From the human T2T-CHM13v2.0 reference genome, Homo sapiens, in assembly GCF_009914755.1 (NCBI RefSeq), contig NC_060935.1: a stretch of DNA of 64,000 bases, one strand, 5' to 3'. Shown here in pieces: positions 13,200-25,875 of this stretch. The number at the start of each line of letters is the position of its first letter. Positions within the stretch are counted from its first letter, which is position 1. A program made the position numbers and the translations under genes. Under the pieces are notes generated by a model. It saw only the letters and a program-made list of their open reading frames with translations. It was not told where the DNA came from and ran no database searches.

Positions 13200-13790
13200 T
13201 CTTCTCCAAGTTCTGCTGGGCCTAAAGCATAAATATATCAGGAAAAGAAACAAAAAGAAAGAGAAAAGCAACAGAAAGTATAAAATGTGAGGCAAAATGA
13301 ATTAAATAGGGCAAAGAAGAGTCATTTGGTATTGATAAAAGTAATGATCAATAATGAAGTCAGGGTCCAGTTCATGAACATTAATGGGCCAGAGAACATA
13401 GCATCAAAATACATTAAGCATAAATTCTTAGATGTGTGAGGAGCAATTGACAGAAACTCAATTATAGTGGGAAACTAGCATACTCACCTCAATCCATTTA
13501 AGATCAAGAAGGCAAACTTAAAGCAATAAGAGATACAAACTGTATCACTAATAGCTGAATTAGTAGATATTGAACTTATATTCTATAGAGACCGTATCTT
13601 TCTGTCAAGTGTTTGGGCAACACTTGCAAAATTGATCACATACCAAGCCACAAATAAAACCTTATTCAAAATCAGGCAGTTCCAAAAAACCAATTGTAAT
13701 AAAATCAGAAACAAATAATACAAGCTTATTATTTACATGAATAAATTTGTTAAAGCGATTATTTACAGGTTAAAAAAAAAATTTTAACCC
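13200..13790 (+). mobile_element. Old L1M ORF2 (endonuclease region) fragment
   Basis: aacatagcatcaaaatacattaagc...attatagtgggaaact...aaaattgatcacatac. Confidence 0.6.
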
Positions 13791-13979
13791 AAGAAGGGGA
13801 TCTTTTATTCTCAATTTTCTTTTTGCTGTAAAATTCATAAACATCCCTTTCTGCTATCCTTGAAATTTTAGGAAGCCTTAGCTCACTTGGCCTTCTGATT
13901 TTCTGACACTGCCTATCCACACCCAACTGAGTGGTCATTTGGTGTTTTGACCACCAGGTCATCATTTTGTCTTTTTTTG

Positions 13980-14460
13980 GCAATGGTGATCGTTTCCTTC
14001 TGGGAAGGCACCCTCCCCACTACTCTCAATGTGTGAAGAGGTCTGGTGTTAACTACACCCTGTCATCACTGCCACTGGTGAACATGTGATACCAACCTGA
14101 TCAATAAAGTATTGTATTCCTTGCCCACAGTGATTAGTTCAGGAATGACCATATGACCCAACCCAGCCAATGAAACATTTGCTGGGACCACTGGGCTCGA
14201 TTTCCTACTGGACTTGAACTTGGAAACATGTTAAGTCTGGAATAGTGGCTGCCATGTACGTGGCTATCATAAAAGGAGTTCCTATGCAAGTTCATAACAA
14301 TGGAGCCAGCATAGGCTCCTATGCTATGTCCCATGACGTCATTTGAGCTCCTAAATCAAGCCACACCTGAAATAAGACCTACCCCTAGGCTTCAATAAAT
14401 TACATTTTGGTTTAATCCAGATTTCGAGGGGTTGCCACTTGTAACAGGAAAACTCCTAGC
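13980..14460 (+). mobile_element. Old MLT1 (J/K/L-like) LTR
   Basis: cccacagtgattagttcaggaatgaccatatgacccaa...atttgagctcctaaatcaagccacacctgaa...ccacttgtaac. Confidence 0.6.
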
Positions 14461-16021
14461 CACACTGGTATCTTTTCTTTCCATTTTGAGCCTGTCCCTT
14501 TAAGCCTGATGTCTTTAGACGCTATTCTCTTTTTAATACATACTCAATTATTTGGGTTTGAATGACCCAAATTGCATTTTTTAAAACTTTCCATCCCTTT
14601 CTTGAGCAGTCTTTCCCCCTAGAGTGTCATGCCATGGATCATTTGTATCATTCACCAAATGTATCTATCATTCCTGTCATTTTTCAGAATGTTTAAAATA
14701 TTTCTCATTCTAACTCAATGCTTTCTGCCTGTGGATTGACTCAAATAGATTCTTTTGCAGCTACTGTTTCTCTGAGAGAGGGACAGATAAACAGACACCA
14801 ACAGAAAGGCCAGGATACAAATCGTTGTCAAGCCTACCCTGAGGCAGAAATTCTGCCAGGTATATATCTTTTCACGTTTTATCTTCGGTAACCCCGTGAG
14901 ATCAATTTTAAAATGCCCATCTTAGACATGAGGTCAGCAAATCACTTCCCCAAATTACTATAAAGGGAGAAGAAGCCAGAGGTCAAAAGCAGGTCTGACT
15001 GATCTCAAAGCCTTTCCATTCTTCCTGTGTCACCAAACTGCCCACTCTGGGCCATTGTTTCTTCAGGAATAGACCCTGGGGCGCCCTCTGGATAAAATTC
15101 TGGGAAGCAGCCCATGTGGGCAAGTGGAAGCTCAGGGTAAGGGTGACAAGGTTGACTCAGTTTCCCCAGAGAAGAAGCAAGAAGTTTGGGATCCAGATGC
15201 ACCCATTAAAGGCCTCTGGGAATGTGGCCAGGCTGTCCTGTCCTGCCCCTATGGAGTCCTCCAAACACCCACCAGCGTCATACAGGCTGAGAAGGCACCA
15301 AGCCTTCTGTCTGGCACCTTACAGGAACAGTGAGGAGACCAGGGAGGAGGTGTCACATGCAGCCTCTGCCCCTGTGTGTCTTCATGTCCCAGAAGGCCCT
15401 CCCCAGGACCTGACCATGTAAGAAACTGCCCACTCTGGATGGATGTCACTCGCATGCCTCCTGCTTCCACCCAGGGAGCTGGAGCCCTTGGCAGGATATC
15501 TATCCCCAGCCGCAGGACAGAACCCACCTTTGGGCCAGTGACCCCAAACCCAAAGCCCTGCTCTTCACTGTTCTCTGTTTGAATAAGGACTCTGGGAAAC
15601 GCACCCAATGGGAGACACATTGGAGAGAGGAACGTTTCCTTGTGGGGAGACGGACTGTCTCGGGATATTTCATGTAGTGACAATTGAAGTTGGAGCTTGA
15701 CACATGAGGGTTTGTTCTGTTAGTCCCAAAGATGCCATTGTCAGCAAAGAGTGACTCTCCCAGAATCCCCCAGGTAGATCCCAACCCCTGCTCCACCTCC
15801 CGAAAGCATGGCATCCAGACCCCCACCCAAAGAACCCCCACCCAAAGTGATCATGCTTGCTCCAGTGCCTATAAGAGTACTGCCTTCCACTGGACATCTA
15901 TTAGACCAGATGGTTTACATGTATTATCTTTAATGTGAACATCAGCCCCTATGCAATAGGTAATGCTATCTCCATTTCATGTATGAAGAAACTGAGGCTC
16001 AGAGAAGTCGAGAAATCCATA

Positions 16022-16023
<2 letters not shown>

Positions 16024-16057
<34 letters not shown>
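16024..16057. repeat. (CT)n microsatellite
   Basis: Directly visible. Confidence 0.95.
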
Positions 16058-16059
<2 letters not shown>

Positions 16060-16204
16060 GAGCTGGGCCACTGGAACTAGATATACACATGCAGTGGATG
16101 GTGGATGGTCCATGCCCCTTCAAGTCCATTTACTCACCTGACGGGTCTTATGTGGATATTTGTCTACCCCACTAGATAGGAGCACCTCCAAGAGCCGGAT
16201 CCAA

Positions 16205-16410
16205 TTCTAATTCCAAGAGTGCAGAATAATAGACATTGGAGACTAGGGAGGGTGGGAGAATGTGGGGGTGAGGGCTGAGAAATTACTTAAGGAGTGCAAT
16301 GTACATGATTTGGGTGATGGTTACACAAAAAGCTCAGACTTCACCACTATGCAATATATCCATGTATCAAAACTGTACTTGCATCTCATAAATTTATACA
16401 AATTAAATAT
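16205..16410 (+). mobile_element. L1PB/L1MA 3' end
   Basis: atagacattggagact...tttgggtgatggttacac...gacttcaccactatgcaatatatccatgt. Confidence 0.75.
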
Positions 16411-16431
16411 ATATTATATGTATGTATATAT

Positions 16432-16808
<377 letters not shown>

Positions 16809-16869
16809 TGAGTAGGTGCCTAGGGACATTTTCCATATTTGCGGCTGCCCATGATCCCTTAAGGGGCTT

Positions 16870-17335
16870 TTCATTTGGAGACATTCCCTCTTGATGGGTT
16901 CTCCCTCCCTAAGTATGTCTTAACCTACTTCTCTGGCTCCCTTGCAGTTAGGATGCAGGCATGTGACCTGGGCTCTGCCAATCAGACACTGCCCTGAGAG
17001 TCCCTGATTCTCATGAGGGAACAGACACAGGACATCTGTTTTGTGGTCCAGCCTTCAGGGTGGCTGTAGTTACAAGGTAAACTTCCAATGACAGAAGAGA
17101 CCATGGTTACAGCAACGTCAGCTCCTGGCACCCAGCTCAAGGGCAGCTACTGCAGCACGAACAATGTCCCCATCAAGCCAATTCTATGGCTTGGTCCTGA
17201 GACTTCCTCCTGGAAACCTCACCTCAAGTCTGCTTCTCCTACCCTTCCAATGACTCTGTGCAATCTGATATAGTTTAATAAATCCCTTTTCAGCTAAAAC
17301 TAGCCAAAATGGATTCCAATATTTGCAAGTCAGTA
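16870..17335 (+). mobile_element. LTR33-like ERVL LTR
   Basis: cccttgcagttagg...catgtgacctgggctctgccaatcag...aataaatccctttt...aactagccaaaatggattc. Confidence 0.6.
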
Positions 17336-17629
17336 AATGTTTGGCAAATAAACATTTTTAAATCACTTCTCTCCCTGGAGTCTGGAGAGGGAGCCCCAGT
17401 GCACAGCATGTCTAAGCCCTCCTTTTCTCTCCACCTCCTGATTACAACCCCAAGTCCCTCGGGCAGCCTCCATCAATGCAAGCAGAATGCAACCCAAGGC
17501 ATTGTGGTAACTGAACCTGTGCCTGGCACATGGCAGGCCCAAGCACATATTTATTGATTGTTATATTTTTCTTAACTCTCTTGCACCCCTGAATGCCCTG
17601 AGCTGCTTTTTGAAATTCCCATCTATTTA

Positions 17630-17835
17630 ATTATCATCATGTCCCAGGCACTGGCCAGAGGGCTTTACAACTATTAGCTCATCTCATCTTACAGCACCTC
17701 ATAAGCTCATATCATCAGCATCTTGCAGCTGAGGGAACTGAGGTTTGGAGACATGAAGCAGCTTTTCCCTGCTCACAGCCAGGAAGTAGCAGGGTCGGGT
17801 TTCAACCGAGGACTGTTTGACTCCAGAACCTGAAC
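17630..17835 (-). mobile_element. MIR
   Basis: gagggaactgaggtttggag...tgactccaga. Confidence 0.65.
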
Positions 17836-18193
17836 ATCCTGACCGCTTCCCTCTGCTGCATAAAGGGAGGTGGGCTTCTGGCCATAGGAAGTCCAGACAC
17901 CAGCAGGGGACAACAGTTAATCCCCATAAGACCTAATGGAAATTTGGGGATTAATACCCAGGCAGGCTGGAGCCACCGATGCTCTGGTTCACAACAGGAA
18001 GACTTAAAGCTATTACAGTTTTTTGTTTTAAAAACAAGTCTTGAGGACTTTCTGGCCACCTGTGACTATTGTCTACGGCCACACAATGGTTTGGACATTC
18101 TCCACTGCAGACGGCTTTCCCAGACTCACCAGGATATGAGCAACAGCAATCTTCTTTGTTGCTGGAGTTGCTAGAGCAGGCACCAAGGGTCCC

Positions 18194-18553
18194 TGTTATG
18201 GACTGAATGTCTGCATCCCCCGCAAATCCATAGGTCGAAATCCTAGTCCCCAGTGTGATGCTACTAGAAGATGGGGCCTTTGGAGATACTTAGGTCATGG
18301 GTGGAGTCCTCATGAATGGGATTAGTGCCCATATAAAAGAGACCCCAAAGAGCTTTCTTGCCATCTTTCTGCCATGTGAAGGTACAAGAAAAGGACAGCC
18401 TGCAAACGGAAAAAGGCTCTCACCAGACCCCGACCATGCTGGCACTCTGATCTCAGATTTTCAGTCTTCTGAACTGTGGGGAATCATTCTCTGTTGTTTC
18501 TAAGCCACCCAGTTTACAGCATTGTGTTACAGCAGCCCAAATTGACTAAGACA
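18194..18553 (+). mobile_element. MLT1A/MLT1A0 solo LTR
   Basis: tgttatggactgaatgt...ctcatgaatgggattagtgcc...gactaagaca; TSD gtccc/gtcct. Confidence 0.85.
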
Positions 18554-19811
18554 GTCCTCCTCACCAGGCCTTCTCCCACTCGTTCCTCAGCTTCCGGGGA
18601 GGGGCTACCAGCAGGAAGCTGGAGCTGTCTGGGAAAACACAGGTAGGGAGAACATTCTGTCAGGGAGATCTCATCTGCTCTAACTGAGTGATGGTCCTGG
18701 AAGACTGGAGGAGGCAGGAGAAGCAAGCTCAGGTAGGCTGCTGATGTTCTTCCTCACTACACACAGCACTTGCCAACCACCTGTGTGGGGGACTCTGACA
18801 AGGTACTGTCTGAGGAAGAGCAGAAGCTTTGCTCAAGACCTGTTAGTGTGAAGCCTGACCCTGCCTTAGAGACACACAAAGTGTTGGGAATGCATGACTT
18901 CTGCAAGCAAAGGCCAAGGTTAGGGCTTGTTTGGGTGTGGGCCTCCAACTCAGACTTTGTAAAGTGAAGGCCAGTAGGCTGAATCTAATCCCTGTAGTTT
19001 TTTCAGCTGGCAAAGTACTTCCAAAATTATATTGTTTAATTATTTTCTAGCATCTTAATTGAGAGACTTCACAGTGTAGTGAGCCATGTGGCTTGAAGAG
19101 TACAAGGCCCTTTAAGAGTAGAAAGTGTAAGTCTATTTAGTCAAATGAAGTATACATATACACCATTTTCAGAAATTCCTTCCTGGTTATAGATCCTAGA
19201 GAAATTGTCATGCAGATCTATAAAGAGAGTGTGAGGCTCTCCATTTTGGGACTGTTTGAAGGGGGAAAGGGGGAAGAAGAGATTTAGAAGCAAGCTAGGG
19301 CTCCCTTGCTAGGAGATGGATAAGTGTGGTGGATACAGCAATTAGGAGCAACAGTCTAGAGGCACATACACCAACCTGGATAGATCATTACAAACATAAT
19401 GCTGAGAGAAAAAAATAGAATTAGGTCTTTTGTATACAATGAAATACAAATGAAAATACAGGTACATAAAATTATGTCAGTTTCATAAAATCATAAAAAT
19501 TAAGCGAACTGTATCAAGCACATTAGATGCAGGCAAAGAAGCCCAAAGAGAGATAAGAGGTCATAGAAAAATTCATCCACATATCATTGCACGGACCACT
19601 GATGTGAAGGTCAGAAACGAGAAGAAGCTTAAATCAATTCTGAGTTTCCTGAGACTGACCCAAAAAAGCCTGGAGGACCATAACTTAGAGATCAGGGGAG
19701 AGGAGTCAAAGGACTAAAAGAGAAAAGCCCTAACATTTTTCTCCATGTGAGGCCAACAGTGGACTTCAGACACCATGGGCCAAGCTGTCAAGGACTTTGA
19801 CTAGGTTCTTT

Positions 19812-21556
19812 TGTCAAGGGATCTTTGGGGTGTTGCTTCACTAGCCAGAAACCTCTATGGCCAGTGGTGCCCTTGCCCAAGTTTTGCTCAGGCCCACTGG
19901 GCTCATTCCACCCACTCAGCCTGGCAGGCTGCACTCAGCTCACACTACCAGCCTGGATCCCATGCCTTCCAAGAGCAAGCCAGGCATAGAGTGGTGAGGG
20001 GTGCATGAGCAAGCGAACACAGGGTCTGGCCACTGTGCACAGCCAGGCATGCTGGCTGCAGCGGGGCAGGCAACTCCAGGCACCAGCATGCATGCTGGAT
20101 CCCTGCAAGGCTATGGCTGGACCAGGCATACATCAAGCAGCTTCCACTGCAGGCAACGGGGAAAGTGGTGGCACCCAGTAGCTTGAAGATGCCAGGAACT
20201 ACAGAGCCCCTAAGAGGGTGTCACAGCCCAGGCTCAGGGAGCTCCTAGGTGGGATCCCCAGGGAGCTGCAGTTCTTCTCTCCTTCTCATCACTTGCAACA
20301 TGGCAAGCAGGGAGGACATGTTGCAGCCCTGTTTGTGTTACAGCTCTTTCAGTCCTGCCATTTGGCACGTCCCAAGCTCTTGTCCCACATCCAGGAAGAA
20401 TGAGGTACACAGACAACAGGAGGGTGAGCAAGGTGAAGAGGTGCTTTATTGAATGATAGTACAGCTCTCAGGAGACCAAAAGTGGGTAGCTCCTTTCTGC
20501 AGGCAGGTTATCCCAACAAGTGCAGCTCTCAGTGGAGAAGAGACCTGGAGTGGGTAGCTCCTATTTGCAGACAGGTTGTCCTGTCAAGTGTGAAGCCCTC
20601 AGCAGAGGGGAGACCCAGAGTGGGTAACTCCTATCTGCAGGCAGGTCATCCTGACATCTCTACAGCCCTCAGTGGAGAGGAGATCCGCAGTGGGTAGCTC
20701 CTATCTGCAGGCAGTTTGTCCTGATGTCTCTGCAGCCTTCAGCAGAAAGGAGACCTGGAATGGGTATCTCCTATCCACAGGCAGGTCATCTCATTATCTG
20801 CCCGAGTCTGGCTGAGTCTGGGGTTTTTATGGGCTTCTGAGGGGAGGAAGTGTGTGCTTATTGGTCCATGGGTGGCCATGGGTGGGCCTGGAAAAGCACC
20901 ATAAGTTCTCACTTTGGTTAGCAGAACTGGCAGCCCAGCATCCATGCTTCAGGCCATACCCCACTTGAAGGGTGGGCTTCACAAGGCACGTGCCCCTTTC
21001 CACCCAAGAGCCTGTCTGCCTCCTGTTGCCATCAATCTGCCACCCACAGTGCCCACAGCACCCAGGCTGTTCGTGCCAAGGGGCACCTGCAGGCCTGTGC
21101 CTAGCTGCCCTCAGTCCCCACCTCAGCCTCCCTCCCATGCTCAACAGCACCCAAAGTCCAGAGGGGGCCAAGGCAGTAGGGAGCTGGCATGTCAGCACTG
21201 CCCCAAACATGTGCACACCCAGCCAGGTTGCAATAGCACCCAGGCTCAGCCTCAGCCTCAACTTTGCTCTGAAATCAAAGCAGGCATCAGAAGCAGGCAT
21301 TTCTGAGCCTGTGGGGGCATGGGAGCTTCCAGGACCCCAAGAGTGCAAGGATGCCCAGGTCTACAGCTGCAGCTATGCCTGGGAGGGTGAGGCTCTCAGA
21401 GGGCGGGGCTCCCAGTCCTCCAACTTGTAAGGGGGTGGTGCTTCTGCCTGCTCCCACCCCTACTAGCTCCATGGAGCACACAGCCCCAACTGCACCTCCC
21501 CTTCTGCAGCTGGCATCTTCACAGTGACCACTCCATGTGGGCTGCTGCTGCCATCA
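19812..21556 (-). mobile_element. MER52-family solo LTR (ERV1)
   Basis: Minus strand begins tgatggcagcagcagccc and ends ...acaccccaaagatcccttgaca. TG...CA termini, near-TSD cttt/cctt, internal tandem array. Confidence 0.8.
20465..20792. repeat. ~70-bp tandem repeat, ~5 copies, inside MER52
   Basis: Unit agacc..gagtgggtagctcctatctgcaggcaggt... starts at 20473, 20541, 20611, 20681 and 20751. Confidence 0.9.
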
Positions 21557-22153
21557 CCTTCATTCATTCATTCCTGCATATATGACTCACCTCTCAGCTT
21601 TCTGGGGAGGGTTTAATGACTAAATATATGTAAATCCCCTACAACCATCCCTGGCACAAAATAAGCACTAAACAAACTCAACTGTAGTTCAGCAAACATC
21701 CACCACTGAGCACCCACCCTCTCACCAGTACATGGGGGCCCCACAGAGAATAATATGTGATCTCTGCCCTCAGAAAGCTCACAGCCTAGTGGGAAGTCAG
21801 CAAAGTGAGCAGGCCTTGGAGGTAGCATGGTGCAATGGATGGAGGGTGAATCTGGGCATGGAGAGTACATTCAGGAACACCCAGAGTGGCTTGCAGAGTC
21901 AACTAGGCTTGCTGGAGCAGGGACACCTGAGTTGAGATCCCATGAAGGGAACAGGCTGGCTGAGAGATTCTGCCACAACTTGCTGGCAGGCTTTGGGCCG
22001 AGCTTTGGTTTACTAATCAATGAAAGAAGAGTGAGCTCTATTTGGGGGGTCTGCTAAATTTAGGGGTTCCATGAATATGCCTAAGGAGTGACTATAATAT
22101 CCAGAGTGGACAAGCAAGGCTGTAGGCCCCCAGCCCAGCCCCAATTTACCTTT

Positions 22154-22572
22154 TGTAATGAACATAGAAATATGCAGCCCAGACCCTCCTTCAGGGAAGG
22201 GCTTTGGTGCTCCTACTGCTGGGAGTGCCCCTTCAGTATCCACCTCAACTGCAGAGAGCCACCACCAGAAGTCACACCCATCCCAGGGTGGCCTCCATCC
22301 AGTGACAGACCAAAGAGGTGGGCAGGATAAAGGCCTGGCCATCTTGGTACATTCAGACAGTGTCGATGGACAAGTGCTAGCTGCAGAGCTCCCCTTGGGG
22401 CTGGCCTGGGATGATCCTGGGCCTGCTTCCCAGCTTGACTTCTCCCTCTGCCCAATTCTGATTCCTCCCTGTCCCTTCCACAGGTCTTCGTCCCACAGAC
22501 ACTCCTTGATAGACATCCTGCACACTAATCTTTGTCTCAGAGCCTACTTCCAAGACAACCCAACTCAAAACA
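22154..22572 (+). mobile_element. LTR16-family (ERVL) solo LTR
   Basis: tgtaatgaac...gcccagaccctccttcagg...catcctgcacactaatc...ctcagagcctacttcc...aca. Confidence 0.72.
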
Positions 22573-23113
22573 TTATTTTATATATTAAGGTTTGCTTAGA
22601 AAATGGCAAAAACCAAAATATCAATGTAATTTGTTATTGGAGAGTTATTATTAGTCTGCTGCCAAAAACCAACAAACTTCAAAACAGACAGACTCAATTC
22701 TCCTCCAGCCAGAACATTCAATGAGAGTAGCCAAAGAGTCATTCATCAAATACCACTGACCATCGGAGCGAGGCTTCAAAATGCTGAGTTGAGTACATGC
22801 AGGTCTGGATGTTACATAACAGTTTCAGTGTCATTTTCTATAATAAGCTCTCTTGGGTATTTCCCAGGGATTTCATTTAGTAATTATCCTCATAACCAGA
22901 ATTATTGATTTATGTGTGCAAAGTTAGGCTTTTTCCTGTTTCTTTGTTTTTTTTGTTTTCTCACATCAGCATCCTATTGGAATCCTGTTTCCTTACAATG
23001 TCAAGTTTACACAAAAAACTAAAGGGGTTTACAACCACCTGGATCCAAAGCAGGATTTGGTTGTGAAAAAGAAAAGAAAAGGAACAACTCAAGGAAGTGA
23101 GGGGGAAATAGTA

Positions 23114-23586
23114 CAGTTGATCTTTAAACAACACAGATGTTGGGGACACAGACCTCCTGCACAGTGGGAAATCTGCATATAACTTTTGACTCCCCAAAAA
23201 CTGAACTACTAATAGCCTACTATTGACTGGAGGGCTTACCAATAACAGAAACAGTCAATTAACACATATTTTGTGTGTTATATATATATTAGATACTGTA
23301 TTCTTACAATAAAGTAAGTGAGAGAAAGGAAAATATAACATTTTCAGAAAATCGGAAAATCATACATTTGGAAAATCAAAAGGAAGAGAAAATATATTTA
23401 CTGTCTATTAAGTGAAAGTGAATCATCATAAAGGTCTTTATTTTCATTGTCTTCACGTCGACTAGGCTGAAGAAGAGGAGAAAGAAGAGTGCTGGTCTTG
23501 CTGTCTCAGGGGTGACAGAGGCAGAAGAAAATTCATGTATAAGTAGACCTGCGCAGTTCAACCCCATGTTATTCAAGGGTCAACTA
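23114..23586 (-). mobile_element. Tigger2a (MER28)-like TcMar DNA transposon
   Basis: TIRs cagttgatctttaaacaac / gttattcaagggtcaacta, flanked by TA. Confidence 0.85.
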
Positions 23587-24329
23587 TAATAACAGCAATC
23601 CTCATTAGTTGAGCACTTAATGCCAGGCACTAGATCCCAGAGCTAGTAAGTGGCAGCACCAACACTTGAACCCACATCTTTCTGACTCCAAAGCCCAGGC
23701 ATAAGCCCCCCATCACCTGTGCCAGTCAAGTTGTTCTAGAAAACTCTGGAGGCAGAAGTCAAGTTCAAGCTACTAGTAGTGCAAGGAGTGAGGTAAGATA
23801 TACTCTTGGGGCCCTAGAAAAACAGGCCAGTGGAAACCAGCTGTGGTCAGAGAATGGCCTTATGATGAATCATCTTTTGAGGAGACCCTGAAGCCATCCA
23901 GGAAGTGTGGGAGCCAAGTGTCTGGGGGACCCCATGTCAGGGGGTGTCTTCAGCAGGCCTGCATGCAGGGAGTTCAGGTCAGGCCATGAGTGCTCTGACC
24001 CCATCTACCCTCCATCACAATTTTGCCCCGAAAGCAGGAGCAGCTCTGCATTGAAGCCCACCCCCAAGTCAGGCCACCCCTGCTCCTCGCAGCACTATGT
24101 TTGCCATGGCAGCCATTTGAGGCAGCTGAGATGCTTCTTTCACTAAAGAAGGGGTCCCTCACAGGGACAGAGGGAGATCAGAGGGCAGAGGAAAGGCAGG
24201 GAGGGGAGATTCCTGGAGGGTGTGACGATTTGCCTTGCTGCTTCCCCCAGTGGATAGAGGGATCCCAATCAGTTCAAAGAAGTGGGGAGCTCGGAAGGTT
24301 AGAGGAAGATTTCCAAGGCACTTATGCCT

Positions 24330-24900
24330 CCGCACACAGAGAACATGATAACATTTGCATGGCACATTGGGGTAAAGTGGAGGTAATTTGGGAGCATCTA
24401 CAGGAAGCTGGGTGAAAAAAACTATATTACTTTTTCGTATATAATTTTGATAGGAAAAATAAGTACAAAGTAATAGGAAGAATATTAAAAATTGAATATG
24501 TATAAAACTTCCCAATAAAATCTTTTCAAAAAATGTAATGAGAAAGTTGAGCTTTCTTCCATGAACACAGGTTTTTTTCATGTCAGGCTTCATGTGTGAA
24601 ATGGCCATATGCAATTCTTGACCGGGGCTTTTTAATGATGATCTCTTCAAATTCTTGAAAGTCACTATCAACAGGAAACTTTTGTTCACACAAGTACATA
24701 ATAAAAAATGTCAGACCATTTTATAACCAGTCAAAAATGTAGAACATTTGAAATTTTATTAAAAGAATCTAACAGCTCTTCCTTTTCTTTCTTTGACAAA
24801 TGTAATGTTGAAATTTCTTATGATAAAGTGAATGGATTGTGAATGCAATCAAACGTTTTATATCAAGTATTTAAAAATAATGACGAAGTTCTAATTTCCA
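24330..24900 (-). mobile_element. hAT-Charlie transposon remnant with transposase C-terminus
   Basis: Minus-strand translation fragments HYF..FDCIHNPF..LSKKEKEELLD and YLCEQ..FKNLKRSSL...ELHMAISHMKPDMKK..KAQLSH resemble the Charlie/Buster dimerisation domain and C-terminus. Confidence 0.65.
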
Positions 24901-25111
24901 GAATGTGCGTGTATTGCTAGAGCTCTCTCGCTGTAGCTAACAAGGATGCCACTAAAAGGGAACATCACCTGCAAATAGGTTAAAGTTGCCAATTTATAAA
25001 AAGACAGAAATTTGGAGACTTCTTCTAGAGCTGCTCCATGCTAGAGACTCTATGCAGCTTCCCTGTCACCCGCTTCATTGGACTAGACACTGAGCTTTCA
25101 GTCTCATCTGG

Positions 25112-25585
25112 TAAGGTGACCAATCATCCCAGTTAGCCTGGATCTCATAGGTTTCCAAGAATATAGTTCTTTCAATGCTAAAATTGGCAAAATCCCAGGC
25201 AAACCAAGATGTGTTGGCCATTGTACTAGACCATTTTCATGGGGCTGATAAAGACATAGCCAAAACTGGGAAGAAAAAGAGGTTTAATGAACTCACAGTT
25301 CCACGTGGCTGGGGACACCTCACAATCATGGCGGAAGCTGAAAGGCACTTCTCACATGGCCACAGCAAGAGAGAATTAGAGAATTTGTACAGGGAAACTC
25401 CCTTTTATAAAACCATCAGACCTCGTGAGACTTATTCACTATCAGGAGTTCAGTACAGGAAAGACCTGCCCCCATGATTCAATTACCTCCCACCAGGTCC
25501 CTCCCACGACAGGTGGAAATTGTGGGAGCTACAATTCAAGATGAGATTTGGGTGGGGACACAGACAAACTATATCAGTCATCCTA
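25112..25585. mobile_element. MER94/MER81-like hAT-Blackjack MITE interrupted at its right TIR by THE1
   Basis: Left TIR taaggtgaccaa; right TIR ttggccat|...|gtcatccta split by the LTR. Confidence 0.6.
25222..25576 (-). mobile_element. THE1B/C solo LTR
   Basis: Reverse complement of a THE1 LTR (tgatatagtttgtctgtgtccccacccaaatctcatcttgaattgtag...); TSD gccat/gtcat. Confidence 0.88.
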
Positions 25586-25716
25586 CACAAACATCTGAAG
25601 GCTGTTAAGAATCAGTTCCTCGCCGCACGCCTGTAACCCACTCAGTGCACACCTGTAGCCCATTTATTGCACACCTGTAACCTATTCACAGCACACACCT
25701 ATTGGAAACTTCTAAG

Positions 25717-25875
25717 AGCAATGTTTCTCAAACTTTCATGTGCACATAAATAACCCAGGGACCTTGTTAAAAGTGAAGATTCTGAACCAGTAAGTCTGGG
25801 ATGGGGCCCAAGATTTCACATTTCAAACAAGCTCCTAGCAGATGTAGATGTGGTCTGTGGATCACACTTTGACTT
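25717..25875. mobile_element. MER5-family hAT MITE
   Basis: agcaatgtttctcaaacttt...cttgttaaaagtgaagattctg...aacaagctcc...cacactttga. Confidence 0.75.

Noticed and set aside
20465-20792. CRISPR-like array
   Set aside because: Eukaryotic LTR-internal tandem repeat; the apparent spacers are homologous and there are no cas genes.
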